This document shows positions 1-10,134 of a stretch of 64,000 nt of DNA, piece after piece; position 1 is the first letter of the stretch; each line of letters begins with the position of its first letter. The DNA comes from Alphaproteobacteria bacterium. GTDB taxonomy: Bacteria; Pseudomonadota; Alphaproteobacteria; RF32; CAG-239. Location: positions 7,952-71,951 of the forward strand of contig JAGBHO010000023.1 in assembly GCA_017935485.1 (NCBI GenBank), read 5' to 3'. The notes under the pieces were generated by a model. That model saw nothing but the letters and a program-made list of their open reading frames with translations. It was not told the origin of the DNA and did not search any database. The position numbers and the translations under genes are program-made.

Positions 1-1175
1 CGCTTAATCCGGATTCCAACGTTCAGTTCGGCGAAGGCGGTGCCGGTACTTTTTCAGACGGCAAACTGATGAGCGGAATCAAAAAAGATATATATACCGC
101 CGAAGTCTTTGCCGAACTGGTTGCCGCCGGTGCGCCGGAAGACATTTTATATCTGGCAAAGCCGCATCTGGGAACGGACAATCTGGCGTTAATCGTTCAA
201 AAAATCAGGGAAAAGATTGTTTCTCTGGGAGGTGAATACCTGTTTGGACATCGGCTTGAAGACCTTGTTGTCAAAGACAAAAAATTGCAGGCCGCGCTGA
301 TTCGCAAGCCGAACGGGGAGATCATGGAGTTTCCTGCCTCGGAATTGCTTCTGGCTGTCGGGCATAGTGCGCGTGATACGTTTGAAATGTTGTATAAACG
401 GCAGGTCCCGCTGATACCGAAAGCCTTTTCCGTCGGTGCACGGATTGAACATCCGCAAGGCCTGATTAATAAGGCAATATATCATGATTGCGCGACGCAT
501 CCTGCTTTAGGGGCGGCGGATTATAAACTTTCGGTTCATCTGCCCAACGGCCGTTCGCTTTATACCTTTTGTATGTGTCCGGGAGGAGTCGTTGTGCCGG
601 CCGCTTCCGAGCCGGAAAGAGTTGTTACCAACGGAATGAGTTATTACGCCAGAGATAAGAAAAATGCCAACGCCGCGCTTTTGGTCGGCGTTACGCCGCA
701 GGACTTTGGCGGTGAACATCCTCTTCAGGGAATGTATTGGCAGCGTGAATTGGAGCACAAAGCGTATCTTGCCGGAGAAAAAACATATAAAGCGCCGGCA
801 CAACTGGTGAAAGATGTGCTGCAAAATCGTCCGTCTGTCAAAGCGGCAGGAATACAGCCAAGCTATTCCCGCGGTGTTGTCTGGGGCGATTTGGGAAAAG
901 TCCTGCCTGATTATGTTATGGAAACTTTCCGGCTCGGCATTTTGGAAATGGATAAAAAATTGCATGGATTCGCAATGCCGGAAGCCGTGTTAACCGGTGT
1001 TGAAACCCGAAGCTCGTCACCGATAAAAATTTTGCGTGATGAACAGTTTGAAAGTCCGGTTAAAGGAATTTTTCCCTGCGGCGAGGGCGCCGGATATGCC
1101 GGAGGCATTGTTTCTGCAGCGGTTGACGGGCTGAAAACCGCTTTGTCAATCATTGGCCGCAGATTCCAAAACTAA
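1..1175 (+). CDS. FAD-dependent protein (COG2509-type dehydrogenase); 5' end lies outside the window
   Basis: The frame of ORF 69..1175 stays open back to nt 3. It reads LNPDSNVQFGEGGAGTFSDGKL before the tracked Met, matching the conserved GEGGAGxFSDGKL block of this family. C-terminal GEGAGYAGGI motif. Confidence 0.75.
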   Translation, partial: LNPDSNVQFGEGGAGTFSDGKLMSGIKKDIYTAEVFAELVAAGAPEDILYLAKPHLGTDNLALIVQKIREKIVSLGGEYLFGHRLEDLVVKDKKLQAALIRKPNGEIMEFPASELLLAVGHSARDTFEMLYKRQVPLIPKAFSVGARIEHPQGLINKAIYHDCATHPALGAADYKLSVHLPNGRSLYTFCMCPGGVVVPAASEPERVVTNGMSYYARDKKNANAALLVGVTPQDFGGEHPLQGMYWQRELEHKAYLAGEKTYKAPAQLVKDVLQNRPSVKAAGIQPSYSRGVVWGDLGKVLPDYVMETFRLGILEMDKKLHGFAMPEAVLTGVETRSSSPIKILRDEQFESPVKGIFPCGEGAGYAGGIVSAAVDGLKTALSIIGRRFQN

Positions 1176-1952
1176 AATTTCGGGCAGGCAGTTAAAACGG
1201 ACCGGCAGCAGGCTTGTGCCGAGACCGCGTCCGATAATCATTCTTTTTCCGTTTTCGATATATTCTCCGCCGGCAAAGCGTCTGCCGAATTTGGACGGTA
1301 CGATGACCGGTCCGTAAAAAGGTATGGCAACCTGTCCGCCATGTGTATGGCCGGCCAGTGTTAACGGAATTTCCTGCGGAATCAAATCAAAAACATCGGG
1401 CGAATGAGTAATCAACAGCGTTTTGGCCATGTCGGTTTTGTTCAAAGCCCTGATGAAATCCGGCGAGCGGGTAAGATCATCCGCCAGTCCGGCCAGATAT
1501 AATGTTTTTCCGCCAATGTTCAAACGAACATTTTCATTTTCTAAGACGGTAATGCCGGCTGCTTCCAGTTCCTGCCGCATTTTATTGCCGTTCAAATACC
1601 AGTCATGGTTTCCGAGAACGGCAAAAACGCCGTATTTGGCTTTTAATTTGCTTAATCCGGCAGCTATTTTTTCCATTTTCATACTTGAGGTATTCTTGTG
1701 GCCTTTCACATAATCACCGCCCAAAATAATGATGTCAGGCTTTTGTTCATTGATTTTTTTGACGATTATTTTAAGGCGCCAATTCTCCCACGGAGCAATA
1801 TGCCAGTCGCTGGCAAAAACGATTTTCAGCCCTTTAAAATCGTTCAAACCATGTTTGTAACGCCGGACAGACAGAAGATTCGGCTCTATGCCAAAGGACC
1901 AGATAAAACCGCATATTCCCAGAACAATCGCTGATATCAAATATTTTTTCAT
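1146..1952 (-). CDS. Membrane-anchored metallophosphoesterase (calcineurin-like, YaeI-type)
   Basis: Motifs DWH, GGDYV, GNHD and GHTHGGQ, with an N-terminal hydrophobic helix. ATG at 1952 (MKKYL) is preferred over the tracked GTG at 1961. Confidence 0.8.
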   Translation of the reverse strand: MKKYLISAIVLGICGFIWSFGIEPNLLSVRRYKHGLNDFKGLKIVFASDWHIAPWENWRLKIIVKKINEQKPDIIILGGDYVKGHKNTSSMKMEKIAAGLSKLKAKYGVFAVLGNHDWYLNGNKMRQELEAAGITVLENENVRLNIGGKTLYLAGLADDLTRSPDFIRALNKTDMAKTLLITHSPDVFDLIPQEIPLTLAGHTHGGQVAIPFYGPVIVPSKFGRRFAGGEYIENGKRMIIGRGLGTSLLPVRFNCLPEILVLESAAND

Positions 1953-2100
1953 AAAAACCACTCAATAACTTAATTTTTTTTATACCCGTTTAGAAGAAAA
2001 ATAAAGAACCAGAGCAAATAGTATCAATTCTAAAATAACAAAAACAATTGTCTGAACATCGGCCGTTAAAAATGTTTCAATAATTCCTTTTTCTTCCATT

Positions 2101-2604
2101 TTATTTTTCCCAAGTCAGATAATGAGGCGGAATAATCCCGTCTTTTAATACTATCAGATAATGGCGGATAACCGCAAAAAAAAGCCCTTTACTTTTGTCG
2201 CATTTTTCCCATTGAAGAGGAGAAAAATCAATTTCTTCTGCTGAGACCTGATAAAATTTCTCATTAATCCCGCCCGTTTCAGAACCGTCTTTACACCATA
2301 TTGCCTCAACAATCCCGTCTTGTACCAGTTGTATTATATCAAAAGAAAATAAAGCTTTGTTGTCAACAAAATCTTTAAGCATCGGGTCATTCCCCTGCCA
2401 TCTGATTGGCTCGGTCAAACAGGAAACAGAACGCGACCGTCCGGAAAAACAGGCATCCAGCCATTGCAGGATGGCGTTTTTATCATCAGATTTTGCACGA
2501 TAGGCATAATGAGACAACTCGCGGGAGACGTGTGAAACGGACAATATCCCGTCTTTCATTATGGTATTGTCTTGCGGAGCATAGTGGTAAAGTTTAGTCA
2601 TCAT
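2101..2604 (-). CDS. Hypothetical protein, 167 aa
   Basis: Clean ORF with no competing frame, flanked by AT-rich spacers next to two tRNA genes. I recognise no family. Confidence 0.45.
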   Translation of the reverse strand: MMTKLYHYAPQDNTIMKDGILSVSHVSRELSHYAYRAKSDDKNAILQWLDACFSGRSRSVSCLTEPIRWQGNDPMLKDFVDNKALFSFDIIQLVQDGIVEAIWCKDGSETGGINEKFYQVSAEEIDFSPLQWEKCDKSKGLFFAVIRHYLIVLKDGIIPPHYLTWEK

Positions 2605-2647
2605 GACTGATATTATATCTGGGAAAGTTTAATTTTCTTATAAGACA

Positions 2648-2676
2648 ACAAAACCCTCCGTTAAGGAGGGGTTTTG
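2648..2676 (-). terminator. Intrinsic terminator downstream of tRNA-Ser
   Basis: Hairpin ccctcc-gttaa-ggaggg (2654-2670). It is flanked by an A-run and a T-run, so the minus strand reads stem then TTTTG. Confidence 0.6.
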
Positions 2677-2679
2677 AAA

Positions 2680-2770
2680 TGGCGGATAGAGTGGGATTCG
2701 AACCCACGGTACCCTTTGGGGGTACACACGATTTCCAATCGTGCGCCTTCGACCACTCGGCCATCTATCC
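2680..2770 (-). tRNA. tRNA-Ser (anticodon GGA)
   Basis: The reverse complement reads ggatagatggccgagtggtcgaaggcgcacgaTTGGAAAtcgtg...gggttcgaatcccactctatccgcca. It has a long variable arm, a GTTCGAATC T-loop, an encoded CCA and anticodon loop TT-GGA-AA. Confidence 0.9.
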
Positions 2771-2862
2771 AAACTGAGGCTAACTTATATTAAACTAAAA
2801 ATTTTTGCAATAGTTTTTTTATTGAAATGTTGTAAAGATTTCATTATAACTAACTAAGGTAC

Positions 2863-2939
2863 GCAGGCGTAGCTCATCAGGATAGAGCAACAGTTTCCTA
2901 AACTGTGGGTAGTGGGTTCGAGTCCCGCCGCTTGCGCCA
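2863..2939 (+). tRNA. tRNA-Arg (anticodon CCT)
   Basis: gcaggcgtagctcatcaggatagagcaacagtTTCCTAAactgtgggtagtgggttcgagtcccgccgcttgcgcca. The 7-bp acceptor stem gcaggcg/cgcttgc, the T-loop and the anticodon loop TT-CCT-AA are all present. Confidence 0.9.
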
Positions 2940-2944
2940 TAAAA

Positions 2945-2970
2945 AATCCTCCGGCAGGGGGATTTTTTTA
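2945..2970 (+). terminator. Intrinsic terminator after tRNA-Arg
   Basis: Stem aatcctcc / gggggatt with loop ggca, followed by a T7 run. Confidence 0.7.
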
Positions 2971-3113
2971 TGGCCGGAGCAAGGGCACGAACCCACGGAG
3001 ATGCGGGTTTGAAACTTTTCTGAGTTGTTTGCGCAGGAAAAAAGATATAACCTTTGCAAAGGTGAAAAGGTGGATAGAGAATGTCGGGCTGGCTGTCGGA
3101 GATAAAATAATGA

Positions 3114-3141
3114 TACAAAAAAGGGCTGAACTTCAGCCCTT
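3114..3141 (-). terminator. Intrinsic terminator of the OMP gene
   Basis: Stem aagggctga-act-tcagccctt (3121-3141). An A-run lies on the plus strand, which gives a T-run after the stem on the minus strand, a few nt past the stop at 3147. Confidence 0.8.
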
Positions 3142-3146
3142 GAATT

Positions 3147-3749
3147 TTAAAAATAAATTCTCGCACCGACGGTGAATTCTTTAATGTCATCAATCTCGGT
3201 AATATTTGTCAGAGAATAACGGAACATTCCGCGAATGGAATAATGCGGCGTAATATTAAGCTGAGCCCCGATACCCAAACGCAAAGCTTCAAAATCTTTG
3301 TTAATTTTTTCTCTTTCGGTAACGCCCCCCAAAGTATATTTTCTGGTGCTGTCCATTTCATATCTGGCGACACCGATAGAACCCAGAATTTCTAAGACAT
3401 CCATGTTAACAATGTCACGAACCAAATCCACGCCGTAAGCCCGCAGTTTCATTTTGGTTTCCAAATGATCGCCGGCCGTAATATAATTAGACGTATAAGA
3501 ATGTCCGTTTTCCGTCATCTGATAAAACCCTTCAAAAGCCAGATTATTGGTAAGTTTGACACCCAGAGAAGCCGCTCCTCCGTTAAATTTGTGCTCAAGC
3601 CAGCGGCCGTCCTGATTCTCTCCAAAGTCAAATCCGTAATCGGAATACATATAATCCAATCCGATATAAGGCGTTATAGCATGGCTTTTCGCCGCAAAGC
3701 CCAAAGTGCCGGCCAGAATGGAAAATGTTATAAGAAGGATTTTTTTCAT
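3147..3749 (-). CDS. Small outer-membrane beta-barrel protein (OmpA-like/OMP_b-brl type)
   Basis: Signal peptide MKKILLITFSILAGTLGFAAKSHA, alternating hydrophobic beta-strand pattern and a C-terminal ...VGARIYF ending in Phe. Confidence 0.75.
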   Translation of the reverse strand: MKKILLITFSILAGTLGFAAKSHAITPYIGLDYMYSDYGFDFGENQDGRWLEHKFNGGAASLGVKLTNNLAFEGFYQMTENGHSYTSNYITAGDHLETKMKLRAYGVDLVRDIVNMDVLEILGSIGVARYEMDSTRKYTLGGVTEREKINKDFEALRLGIGAQLNITPHYSIRGMFRYSLTNITEIDDIKEFTVGARIYF

Positions 3750-3904
3750 GAGTATGCTTCCGCTAAAAACGTTATTATCACTTGCATATTAACGTTTTAG
3801 CACAAAATGTCAACTTAAAAAGTAAATATTTTGACAAATTTTCCAAATATTGTTGACAATGGTCTAATTCCGCCGCTAAGATAAAACAAAGTTGAATTGG
3901 GGAA

Positions 3905-4927
3905 ATGCAAATGAAATTGTCCGACATTGTTTTTGGTGAAACAGAAGTGACCGAACCGGTTTTGTTACAGTTGTTATCCGCACCTGAACTCATCCGTCTG
4001 AAACATATTTCTTCCGCCGGATATTATCCTGCCGTTGCCGGTTTCTGCCATGACCAAAACAGCCGCTGGGTTCATTCTGTCGGTGTGTTTATGCTGCTTC
4101 GCCGTTTCGGCGCCTCCTTGGAAGAGCAAATTGCCGGCTTGCTGCATGATGTTTCGCATTCTGCTTTTTCTCATACAATTGATTATATTTCAAAAGATGG
4201 TACAAACCAAAAACGGCAGGACGGACAGGATAAAATTCACAATTCTTTTGTCAAAAATTCTTCTCTTGCCGTCATTTTGCAACATCACGGATTTGATGTC
4301 GATTATATTTTGGATGACAGCCGTTTCCCGCTAAAAGAGAATAGTCTGCCGGATATTTGTGCCGACCGTCTGGATTATGCTTTGCGGCAGGCATATATTT
4401 TTCGGCGGCTTGACTTGGAACAAATTCGCCATGTTGTCAGTTCTTTGAAAATAAAAGACGGTTCATTCGTTTTTGGCAGCCCCGAGGCGGCTTTGCACTA
4501 TGCCAATGCTTTTTTGTGGCTGAATGAAAACTGCTGGAGCGGATTGGCTTCGGCCGTCATGTTTTCGGTATCGGCGCAAATGTTTCGCAGAGCCATGGAG
4601 CAAGGTTATATCTCTGCATCTGATTTTTATGATTTTGACGATGATTATATCATTTCCAAAATAGAGGCAGTCCTTCCCAAAGACGGCAAATTGCAATATT
4701 ACTATTCGCTTCTGCAGCGGGAGCCGGAACGCTTTGCCAATTATGGAAATGAGGATATTGAACCGGTATACCTCAAAAACCGCATTGTCGATCCGCTGGT
4801 TGATATTCGCAACGGCTGCGTGCGCCTGTCAGAATTGAGCCGGACTTATAAAGAAAAAATCGTAAATCTTCCTTCTTTCAAAGAATATCGCATAGCCCCG
4901 AAATTTTCTGCCGCACAGGCCGTATGA
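3905..4927 (+). CDS. HD-domain phosphohydrolase
   Basis: Motifs HSVGV, LLHDVSHSAFSH and DRLDY are typical of HD superfamily hydrolases. Confidence 0.75.
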   Translation: MQMKLSDIVFGETEVTEPVLLQLLSAPELIRLKHISSAGYYPAVAGFCHDQNSRWVHSVGVFMLLRRFGASLEEQIAGLLHDVSHSAFSHTIDYISKDGTNQKRQDGQDKIHNSFVKNSSLAVILQHHGFDVDYILDDSRFPLKENSLPDICADRLDYALRQAYIFRRLDLEQIRHVVSSLKIKDGSFVFGSPEAALHYANAFLWLNENCWSGLASAVMFSVSAQMFRRAMEQGYISASDFYDFDDDYIISKIEAVLPKDGKLQYYYSLLQREPERFANYGNEDIEPVYLKNRIVDPLVDIRNGCVRLSELSRTYKEKIVNLPSFKEYRIAPKFSAAQAV

Positions 4928-4953
4928 AAAAATTAAAACTGACGGATTTTTTT

Positions 4954-5298
4954 TCATTCTTTGTAACCCATGATTTTCTTTGCTAAATTCATTTCCGTGG
5001 TGTTCAACATGTAAACAACCAAACGCCACCCGCCAAAACTGACTGCAAATCCAATCAGGATGAGAAGCAGATTGCAACGGTAATAATATGGCCAGCTTCT
5101 GCTCAAAATTTCATTCTTCCACATTTCTGACGGAAAAGCGATAAAACAAAACAATCCCATAACCTGAATAATTCTGGCAGCGATGATTCTGTTGTTGGAA
5201 CATCTGCTGTAGTCGATTCTGTTATCATTACATAAAGGAAACGTACAAAACACAATAAAATTGAGCACAATCCATAAAATCGTATTCATAGGCATCAA
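4954..5298 (-). CDS. Small integral membrane protein, hypothetical
   Basis: 114 aa with about three hydrophobic segments and no recognisable family. Confidence 0.4.
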   Translation of the reverse strand: MMPMNTILWIVLNFIVFCTFPLCNDNRIDYSRCSNNRIIAARIIQVMGLFCFIAFPSEMWKNEILSRSWPYYYRCNLLLILIGFAVSFGGWRLVVYMLNTTEMNLAKKIMGYKE

Positions 5299-5364
5299 AT
5301 TTTAATTATACAAATAAAAATTATTTTTCATTCATCATAAGTAAAAAAATGAGGAGTCAAGGAA

Positions 5365-6588
5365 TTAGGAAAACGAAACCTGATTATTCTTCACATTAAG
5401 AAACAAAGCCTCGTCTTTCAGGGAAGCAAAAAGCGCCGGATCCGTCGATGTAATCCAGGCCTGAACTTGCAGTTCCCTGATTTTTTCCAGCAACGCCTCA
5501 CGCTTAACGTCATCCAAATGCGCCACAACTTCATCAAGCAGCAACACCGGTGCAAATCCCTGATGCAGCGTCTGGCATTTGCTTTGCGCCAGAATAATGC
5601 TGATGAGAAGCGACTTCTGCTCGCCGGTTGAGCATAAATCGGCCGGCATTCTTTTCTTTTTGTAATAGACCTTAAAATCCGTCCGGTTGACACCGTCGAC
5701 CGTATCGTTATAAAGCACATTCCTGCGTTGGTTTTTCAGCATTTGCATATAAGAATCTTCAACTTCCACCGCCGGCATTTTATCGAGCATTTTTTCAATC
5801 TTGCCGTCCAACTCCATGCTCACATTCGGAAAAACGTCGTCCGGCTCATGCTCAATGAAAGAATTAAGTTTGGCAATTTGTTCCCGCCGCGCTGCCGCAA
5901 TCGCTACCCCGAGGCCGGCCATTTGTTCTTCCAGAGAAGAAAGCCATGTATTGTCATGCCGTCCGGATTTAAGCAGCTGATACCACTCACGGTATAAATG
6001 CTCAAAAGAAGCCGTGCGTTTGGCATGTTCCAGATCAAAAGCATAAACCAGCCGGTCCAGAAAACTGCGCCGCGGCTGTGAACCTCCCCGAAAAAGCCTG
6101 TCCATTTGCGGCGTGAGCCAAACGGCGGAAAAATGCTCGCCGAGCTCGGCTTGCGAAGATACTTTTTGATTGTTTATTTTGACGATTCTGCGCTCAAAAC
6201 TTTTAATATCGTCGTCGCCGGTTTCGCGGGCAGATTTTTCTGCCGCCGTTCCGATGTCAATCTCGTCACAACCTTTCTGAATGGTTGCCGAAACCGCCCA
6301 GCTCGTATTGGTAATTTCCGTCGGCTGATATTCGCTGGTCACCACTGCCGGCGTAATCCTTTTAATGTCGGCCAGTCTGGCGCCGCGTAATCCTCTCCCC
6401 GGAGTCAGGAAAGAAATGGCTTCCAGAATATTGGTCTTTCCCGTACCGTTTTCTCCGGTGACAATAACGGGCACCAATGACGCTTCTATCCGCAAAAACG
6501 GATAGTTTCTGAAGTCAGTTAAAGTCAGGCGGGTAACGCCTGACTTTTCAACTGTCTGATTCTGGATTTTTAAAGCCGGAACATTCAT
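5365..6588 (-). CDS. recF: DNA replication and repair protein RecF
   Basis: N-terminal LTLTDFRNY...GENGTGKTNILEAISFL Walker A, an SMC-like signature STGEQKSLL and Walker B LLLDEV. It sits directly after dnaN. Confidence 0.92.
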   Translation of the reverse strand: MNVPALKIQNQTVEKSGVTRLTLTDFRNYPFLRIEASLVPVIVTGENGTGKTNILEAISFLTPGRGLRGARLADIKRITPAVVTSEYQPTEITNTSWAVSATIQKGCDEIDIGTAAEKSARETGDDDIKSFERRIVKINNQKVSSQAELGEHFSAVWLTPQMDRLFRGGSQPRRSFLDRLVYAFDLEHAKRTASFEHLYREWYQLLKSGRHDNTWLSSLEEQMAGLGVAIAAARREQIAKLNSFIEHEPDDVFPNVSMELDGKIEKMLDKMPAVEVEDSYMQMLKNQRRNVLYNDTVDGVNRTDFKVYYKKKRMPADLCSTGEQKSLLISIILAQSKCQTLHQGFAPVLLLDEVVAHLDDVKREALLEKIRELQVQAWITSTDPALFASLKDEALFLNVKNNQVSFS

Positions 6589-6597
6589 TCTGCCAAC

Positions 6598-7716
6598 TTA
6601 TACCCTCATCGGCATCAAGACATAAATGGCGCTGGAATCCGATGTGTCATGAATAACGGAAGGAGAAGTGCCGTCCGTAAAGGAAATCCGAACCGCATCG
6701 CCTTTAATCTCTTGCAAAATATCAAGCAGATAACGGAAATTATAACCAATCTCAAGCGATTCTCCTTCGTATTTGGCTTCCAAATCTTCAGAAGCGCTGC
6801 CGAGGTCGGGGCTTGACGTAATAATGGTAACTTTGTTGGAACCGGTTAACATTTTTATCGCGCGGGTTCTTTCGGCAACAACGGAAACGCGGTCTACAGC
6901 GGAGGAAAGTTCTTTCACGCCGATTTCCAAATTCTTGTCATTATCCGTCGGAATAACGCGTTCATAATCCGGATAAGTCCCGTCAATCAGTTTGGACGTC
7001 AGGGTAACATCATCCAACGCAAAACGGACTTTGTTGTCAGACATGGAAACATTAACCTTTTCCGCATTGTTGTCGTCCAGAAGTTTTCTGATTTCGGTGA
7101 TGGTCTTGCGCGGAATAATCACGCCGGCCAATTCTTCGGCTCCCTCCGGCAGCGGCGATTCGACACAGGCCAGACGGTGTCCGTCGGTGGCAACGGCGCG
7201 CAAAACCTTTGCTTCGCCTTCTTTCTTGGCATGCATATAAACGCCGTTCAGATAATATCTTGTCTCTTCGGTTGATACGGCAAATTTCGTTCTGTCAATA
7301 ACGTCCTTAAGTTCGTCTTTGTCCATTTCGAAATTAATCGGCAGTTTGTCGCCGGAAATAACCGGAAAGTCTTCAACCCCGATTGTCGACAAAGCAAATT
7401 TTGAACGGCCGGAGGCGATGGTCAACTGGCCTTTTTCGTCAGGAAAAGTAATCTCGACTTCCGATCCGTCGGAAAGTTTGCGGACAATGTCATACAGCAT
7501 ATGGGCGGGAGCGGTTGTCGCACCGGCTTCGCTGATGGTCGCTTCGACGATTTCGGTAATTTCGGTATCCATATCCGTTGCTTTAAAGCTGATTTCGCTG
7601 CTCAAAGCTTCGATTCTCACATTGGAAAGAACCGGAATGGTATTTCTTTTTTCAACAATGCTCTGCATATGGCTGAGCGTTTTTAATAAACTTGCGCGTT
7701 CAATTGTAAATTTCAT
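6598..7716 (-). CDS. dnaN: DNA polymerase III beta sliding clamp
   Basis: MKFTIERASLLK...; length 372 aa; C-terminal end ...YVLMPMRV; positioned between dnaA and recF. Confidence 0.95.
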   Translation of the reverse strand: MKFTIERASLLKTLSHMQSIVEKRNTIPVLSNVRIEALSSEISFKATDMDTEITEIVEATISEAGATTAPAHMLYDIVRKLSDGSEVEITFPDEKGQLTIASGRSKFALSTIGVEDFPVISGDKLPINFEMDKDELKDVIDRTKFAVSTEETRYYLNGVYMHAKKEGEAKVLRAVATDGHRLACVESPLPEGAEELAGVIIPRKTITEIRKLLDDNNAEKVNVSMSDNKVRFALDDVTLTSKLIDGTYPDYERVIPTDNDKNLEIGVKELSSAVDRVSVVAERTRAIKMLTGSNKVTIITSSPDLGSASEDLEAKYEGESLEIGYNFRYLLDILQEIKGDAVRISFTDGTSPSVIHDTSDSSAIYVLMPMRV

Positions 7717-7999
7717 TTTGGCTTCCTATCAGAAAATTTTTCCTAAAGTTTATCACAAACTTGCAAAATAAGAAGCCTTATCGCAGAGTCGTCAACAGTT
7801 TTTTTGCGGATTCGAGGGGCTGCCGGACTTTTTATCAGATCTCTTTTATTGAAAATGACGCATTTCTCTTTTGCCGGCGGCACATCATTTTTATTCTTCT
7901 TTTGTCTTCGCCGCCTTTTTGTTTCGTTCCTCTTTTTTCCGTACGATATTCCGATTCTTGTTTACATCGGGAAATAATTTTGTTGTCGTCTTTTATGCA

Positions 8000-8037
8000 A
8001 AAAAAACACCGCCCGAAATTGTCTTGGGGCGGTGTCT
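8000..8037 (-). terminator. Intrinsic terminator after dnaA
   Basis: Stem acaccgccc / gggcggtgt (8008-8037) with an A8 run on the plus strand, giving a T-run after the stem on the minus strand, about 15 nt past the dnaA stop. Confidence 0.8.
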
Positions 8038-8052
8038 TTGTGTGAATATATT

Positions 8053-9519
8053 TTAAGCTTCAAGAATTCTTCTCAAAGTGTCAACATTTTCGGCCAGAGA
8101 AGAGTCTTCCAAAACCAACTCCTCAACTTTCCGGACGGCATGCATAACCGTTGTATGGTCGCGGTCAAATTTGCGTCCGATTTCCGGCAGGGAGCGGGAA
8201 GTCAGCTGCTTGGCCAGATACATGGCAATCTGGCGCGGACGGGCAACCGTGCGGGCTCTGCGGGAAGATTGCATTTCTTTTACCGAGATATTGAAGTATT
8301 CGGCAACTTTTTTCTGAATCTCGTCAATCGTTGTACGCTTGTCATAAGACCGCAGCATATCTTTCAAAACATCCTGAGTCATGTCCAGCGTAATTTCTTT
8401 GTCGGAAAGCAGCTGGGAATGGGCAACTACGCGCCGCAAAGCGCCTTCCAGCTCCCGAATGTTTGACGTGATTTTCTGAGCCAGAAATTCTGAAACTTTC
8501 TGCGGCAGTTCAACGCCGAGCTGACGGGCTTTATTTTCCAAAATGCCGATTCTCAGGTCAAAATCCGTCGGATGAATATCGGCAACCAGACCGCAACCGA
8601 GACGGGAACGCAGACGAGTTTCGATTCCTTCAAGGTCGGCGGGAGATTTATCGGCTGAAATAATAATCTGGCGTCCTTCTTCAATCAGAGAATTGAAAGT
8701 ATAGAAAAACTCTTCCTGAGTCGTGTCTTTTCCGCCCATAAACTGAACGTCATCAACCATCAGAACGTCAACGGAACGGAACTGTTCTTTGAAAGCGGTC
8801 GTGTCTTTGTAGCGCAATGCCCGAACAAATTTATACATAAATTTTTCAGCAGACAGATAAACGATATTGCGGGTCGGATCCTGCTGTTTGATGTGCCATG
8901 CAATAGCATGCATCAGGTGCGTTTTTCCCAGCCCGACGCCGGAATAAAGAAACAGCGGATTAAAAGAAACGTTTCTGGATTCGGCAACTTTGCGGGCTGC
9001 GGCATAGGCAAATTCATTTGTTTTGCCGACAACAAAGTTGTCAAAAGTAAATTGCGGATTTAACGGAACGGAAATCGATTGGTCTGTATTGCCGGCAATA
9101 AATTCATTGCTGTTGGCGTTTAAAGAATTAATGCCGGATTGGTAAATGTTTTGTGGTGCGGGGCTGGAAGAAATCTTTTTCAGGAGCGAGCGGCAAGAGG
9201 GGGTATACATCCCTGTTCCGGCCGAAGCGGCACCGTTTTCCTGAACGGCTTGAACCACGAAATTAATTTCACGGATTGCCGGATTTTTCTTTTCCCAGAT
9301 TTTATGAATTCTTTCGCTGTAGTGAGTAATCACCCAATTTCTCATAAATCTGGTAGGCACGCAAATATTCATAACACCGTTGTTAAAAGAACCAGGAGTT
9401 AACGGTTTCAACCAGCTTTCAAAAGCCGTTTCGCCGACTTCGCCTTTAAGCTGGCTGCAAATCTGACCCCATTGGTCTTGTACCGAGTTATCAGTGTCTA
9501 ATAATGCTTCTTCAGCCAT
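8053..9519 (-). CDS. dnaA: Chromosomal replication initiator DnaA
   Basis: AAA+ core GGVGLGKTHLMHAIA, the box VDVLMVDDVQF and the C-terminal DNA-binding helix RDHTTVMHAVRKV. Confidence 0.97.
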   Translation of the reverse strand: MAEEALLDTDNSVQDQWGQICSQLKGEVGETAFESWLKPLTPGSFNNGVMNICVPTRFMRNWVITHYSERIHKIWEKKNPAIREINFVVQAVQENGAASAGTGMYTPSCRSLLKKISSSPAPQNIYQSGINSLNANSNEFIAGNTDQSISVPLNPQFTFDNFVVGKTNEFAYAAARKVAESRNVSFNPLFLYSGVGLGKTHLMHAIAWHIKQQDPTRNIVYLSAEKFMYKFVRALRYKDTTAFKEQFRSVDVLMVDDVQFMGGKDTTQEEFFYTFNSLIEEGRQIIISADKSPADLEGIETRLRSRLGCGLVADIHPTDFDLRIGILENKARQLGVELPQKVSEFLAQKITSNIRELEGALRRVVAHSQLLSDKEITLDMTQDVLKDMLRSYDKRTTIDEIQKKVAEYFNISVKEMQSSRRARTVARPRQIAMYLAKQLTSRSLPEIGRKFDRDHTTVMHAVRKVEELVLEDSSLAENVDTLRRILEA

Positions 9520-9765
9520 TGTCTCTCCCCATTATAAAGTATCAAATAATTCTATTGAACCGCCGTATTTCGTAAAACAAAAAACGGGGCTTTCCGATAT
9601 AAGCTCAGTTTCAGAAAAGTTAAGGCCGGTGACAATGCTTTTTGCCTTTGTAAAATTTTGACATCCCCATATCAAAATTTTTCTGAAACTCAGTTTTATT
9701 TGCCCTTTTCAAATTCAAACATCATTCCTGCCCGAATTTTCAAATCGCAAACTTCAACTTCCTTA

Positions 9766-10134
9766 AAAAACTGCTCTCTTTTTTATCTCCGTGCTCTTTT
9801 CCGGATTCTAAAAATTCAAACAATCTTTTCGCCTATTGAAAAAACTGCTCTCTTTTTTATTCTCCGTGCTCTTTGCCAGATTCCAAAAGTTCAACAATCT
9901 TTTCGCCTATTGAAAAAACTGCTCTCTTTTTTATTCTCCGTGTTCTTTGCCGGATTCTAAAAATTCAAACAATCTTTTCGCCTATTGAAAAAACTGCTCT
10001 CCTTTTTATCTCCGTGTTCTTTGCCGGATTCTAAAAATTCAAACAATCTTTTCGCCTATTGAAAAACTGCTTTCTTTTTTATTCTTCGCACTCTTTGCCG
10101 GATTCCAAAAGTTCAACAATCTTTTTACTGTTTG
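9766..10134. repeat. Five head-to-tail copies of a ~74-bp tandem repeat; decayed copies extend to ~9690 and ~10280
   Basis: The landmark ctgctctc recurs at 9771, 9845, 9919, 9994 and 10067 (spacing 73-75 bp). Unit: aaaaactgctctcttttttatctccgtgctctttgccggattctaaaaattcaaacaatcttttcgcctattg. Confidence 0.95.

Noticed and set aside
2101-2604. The N-terminus KLYHYAPQDNTIMKDGILS resembles the (L/I)YH.T..N...I...G(L/I) opening of DarT/ADP-ribosyltransferase-like proteins, and the gene sits next to tRNA genes.
   Set aside because: I could not identify the remaining catalytic elements (Y and E motifs) or an adjacent antitoxin/macrodomain gene. The match is too short to support a call.
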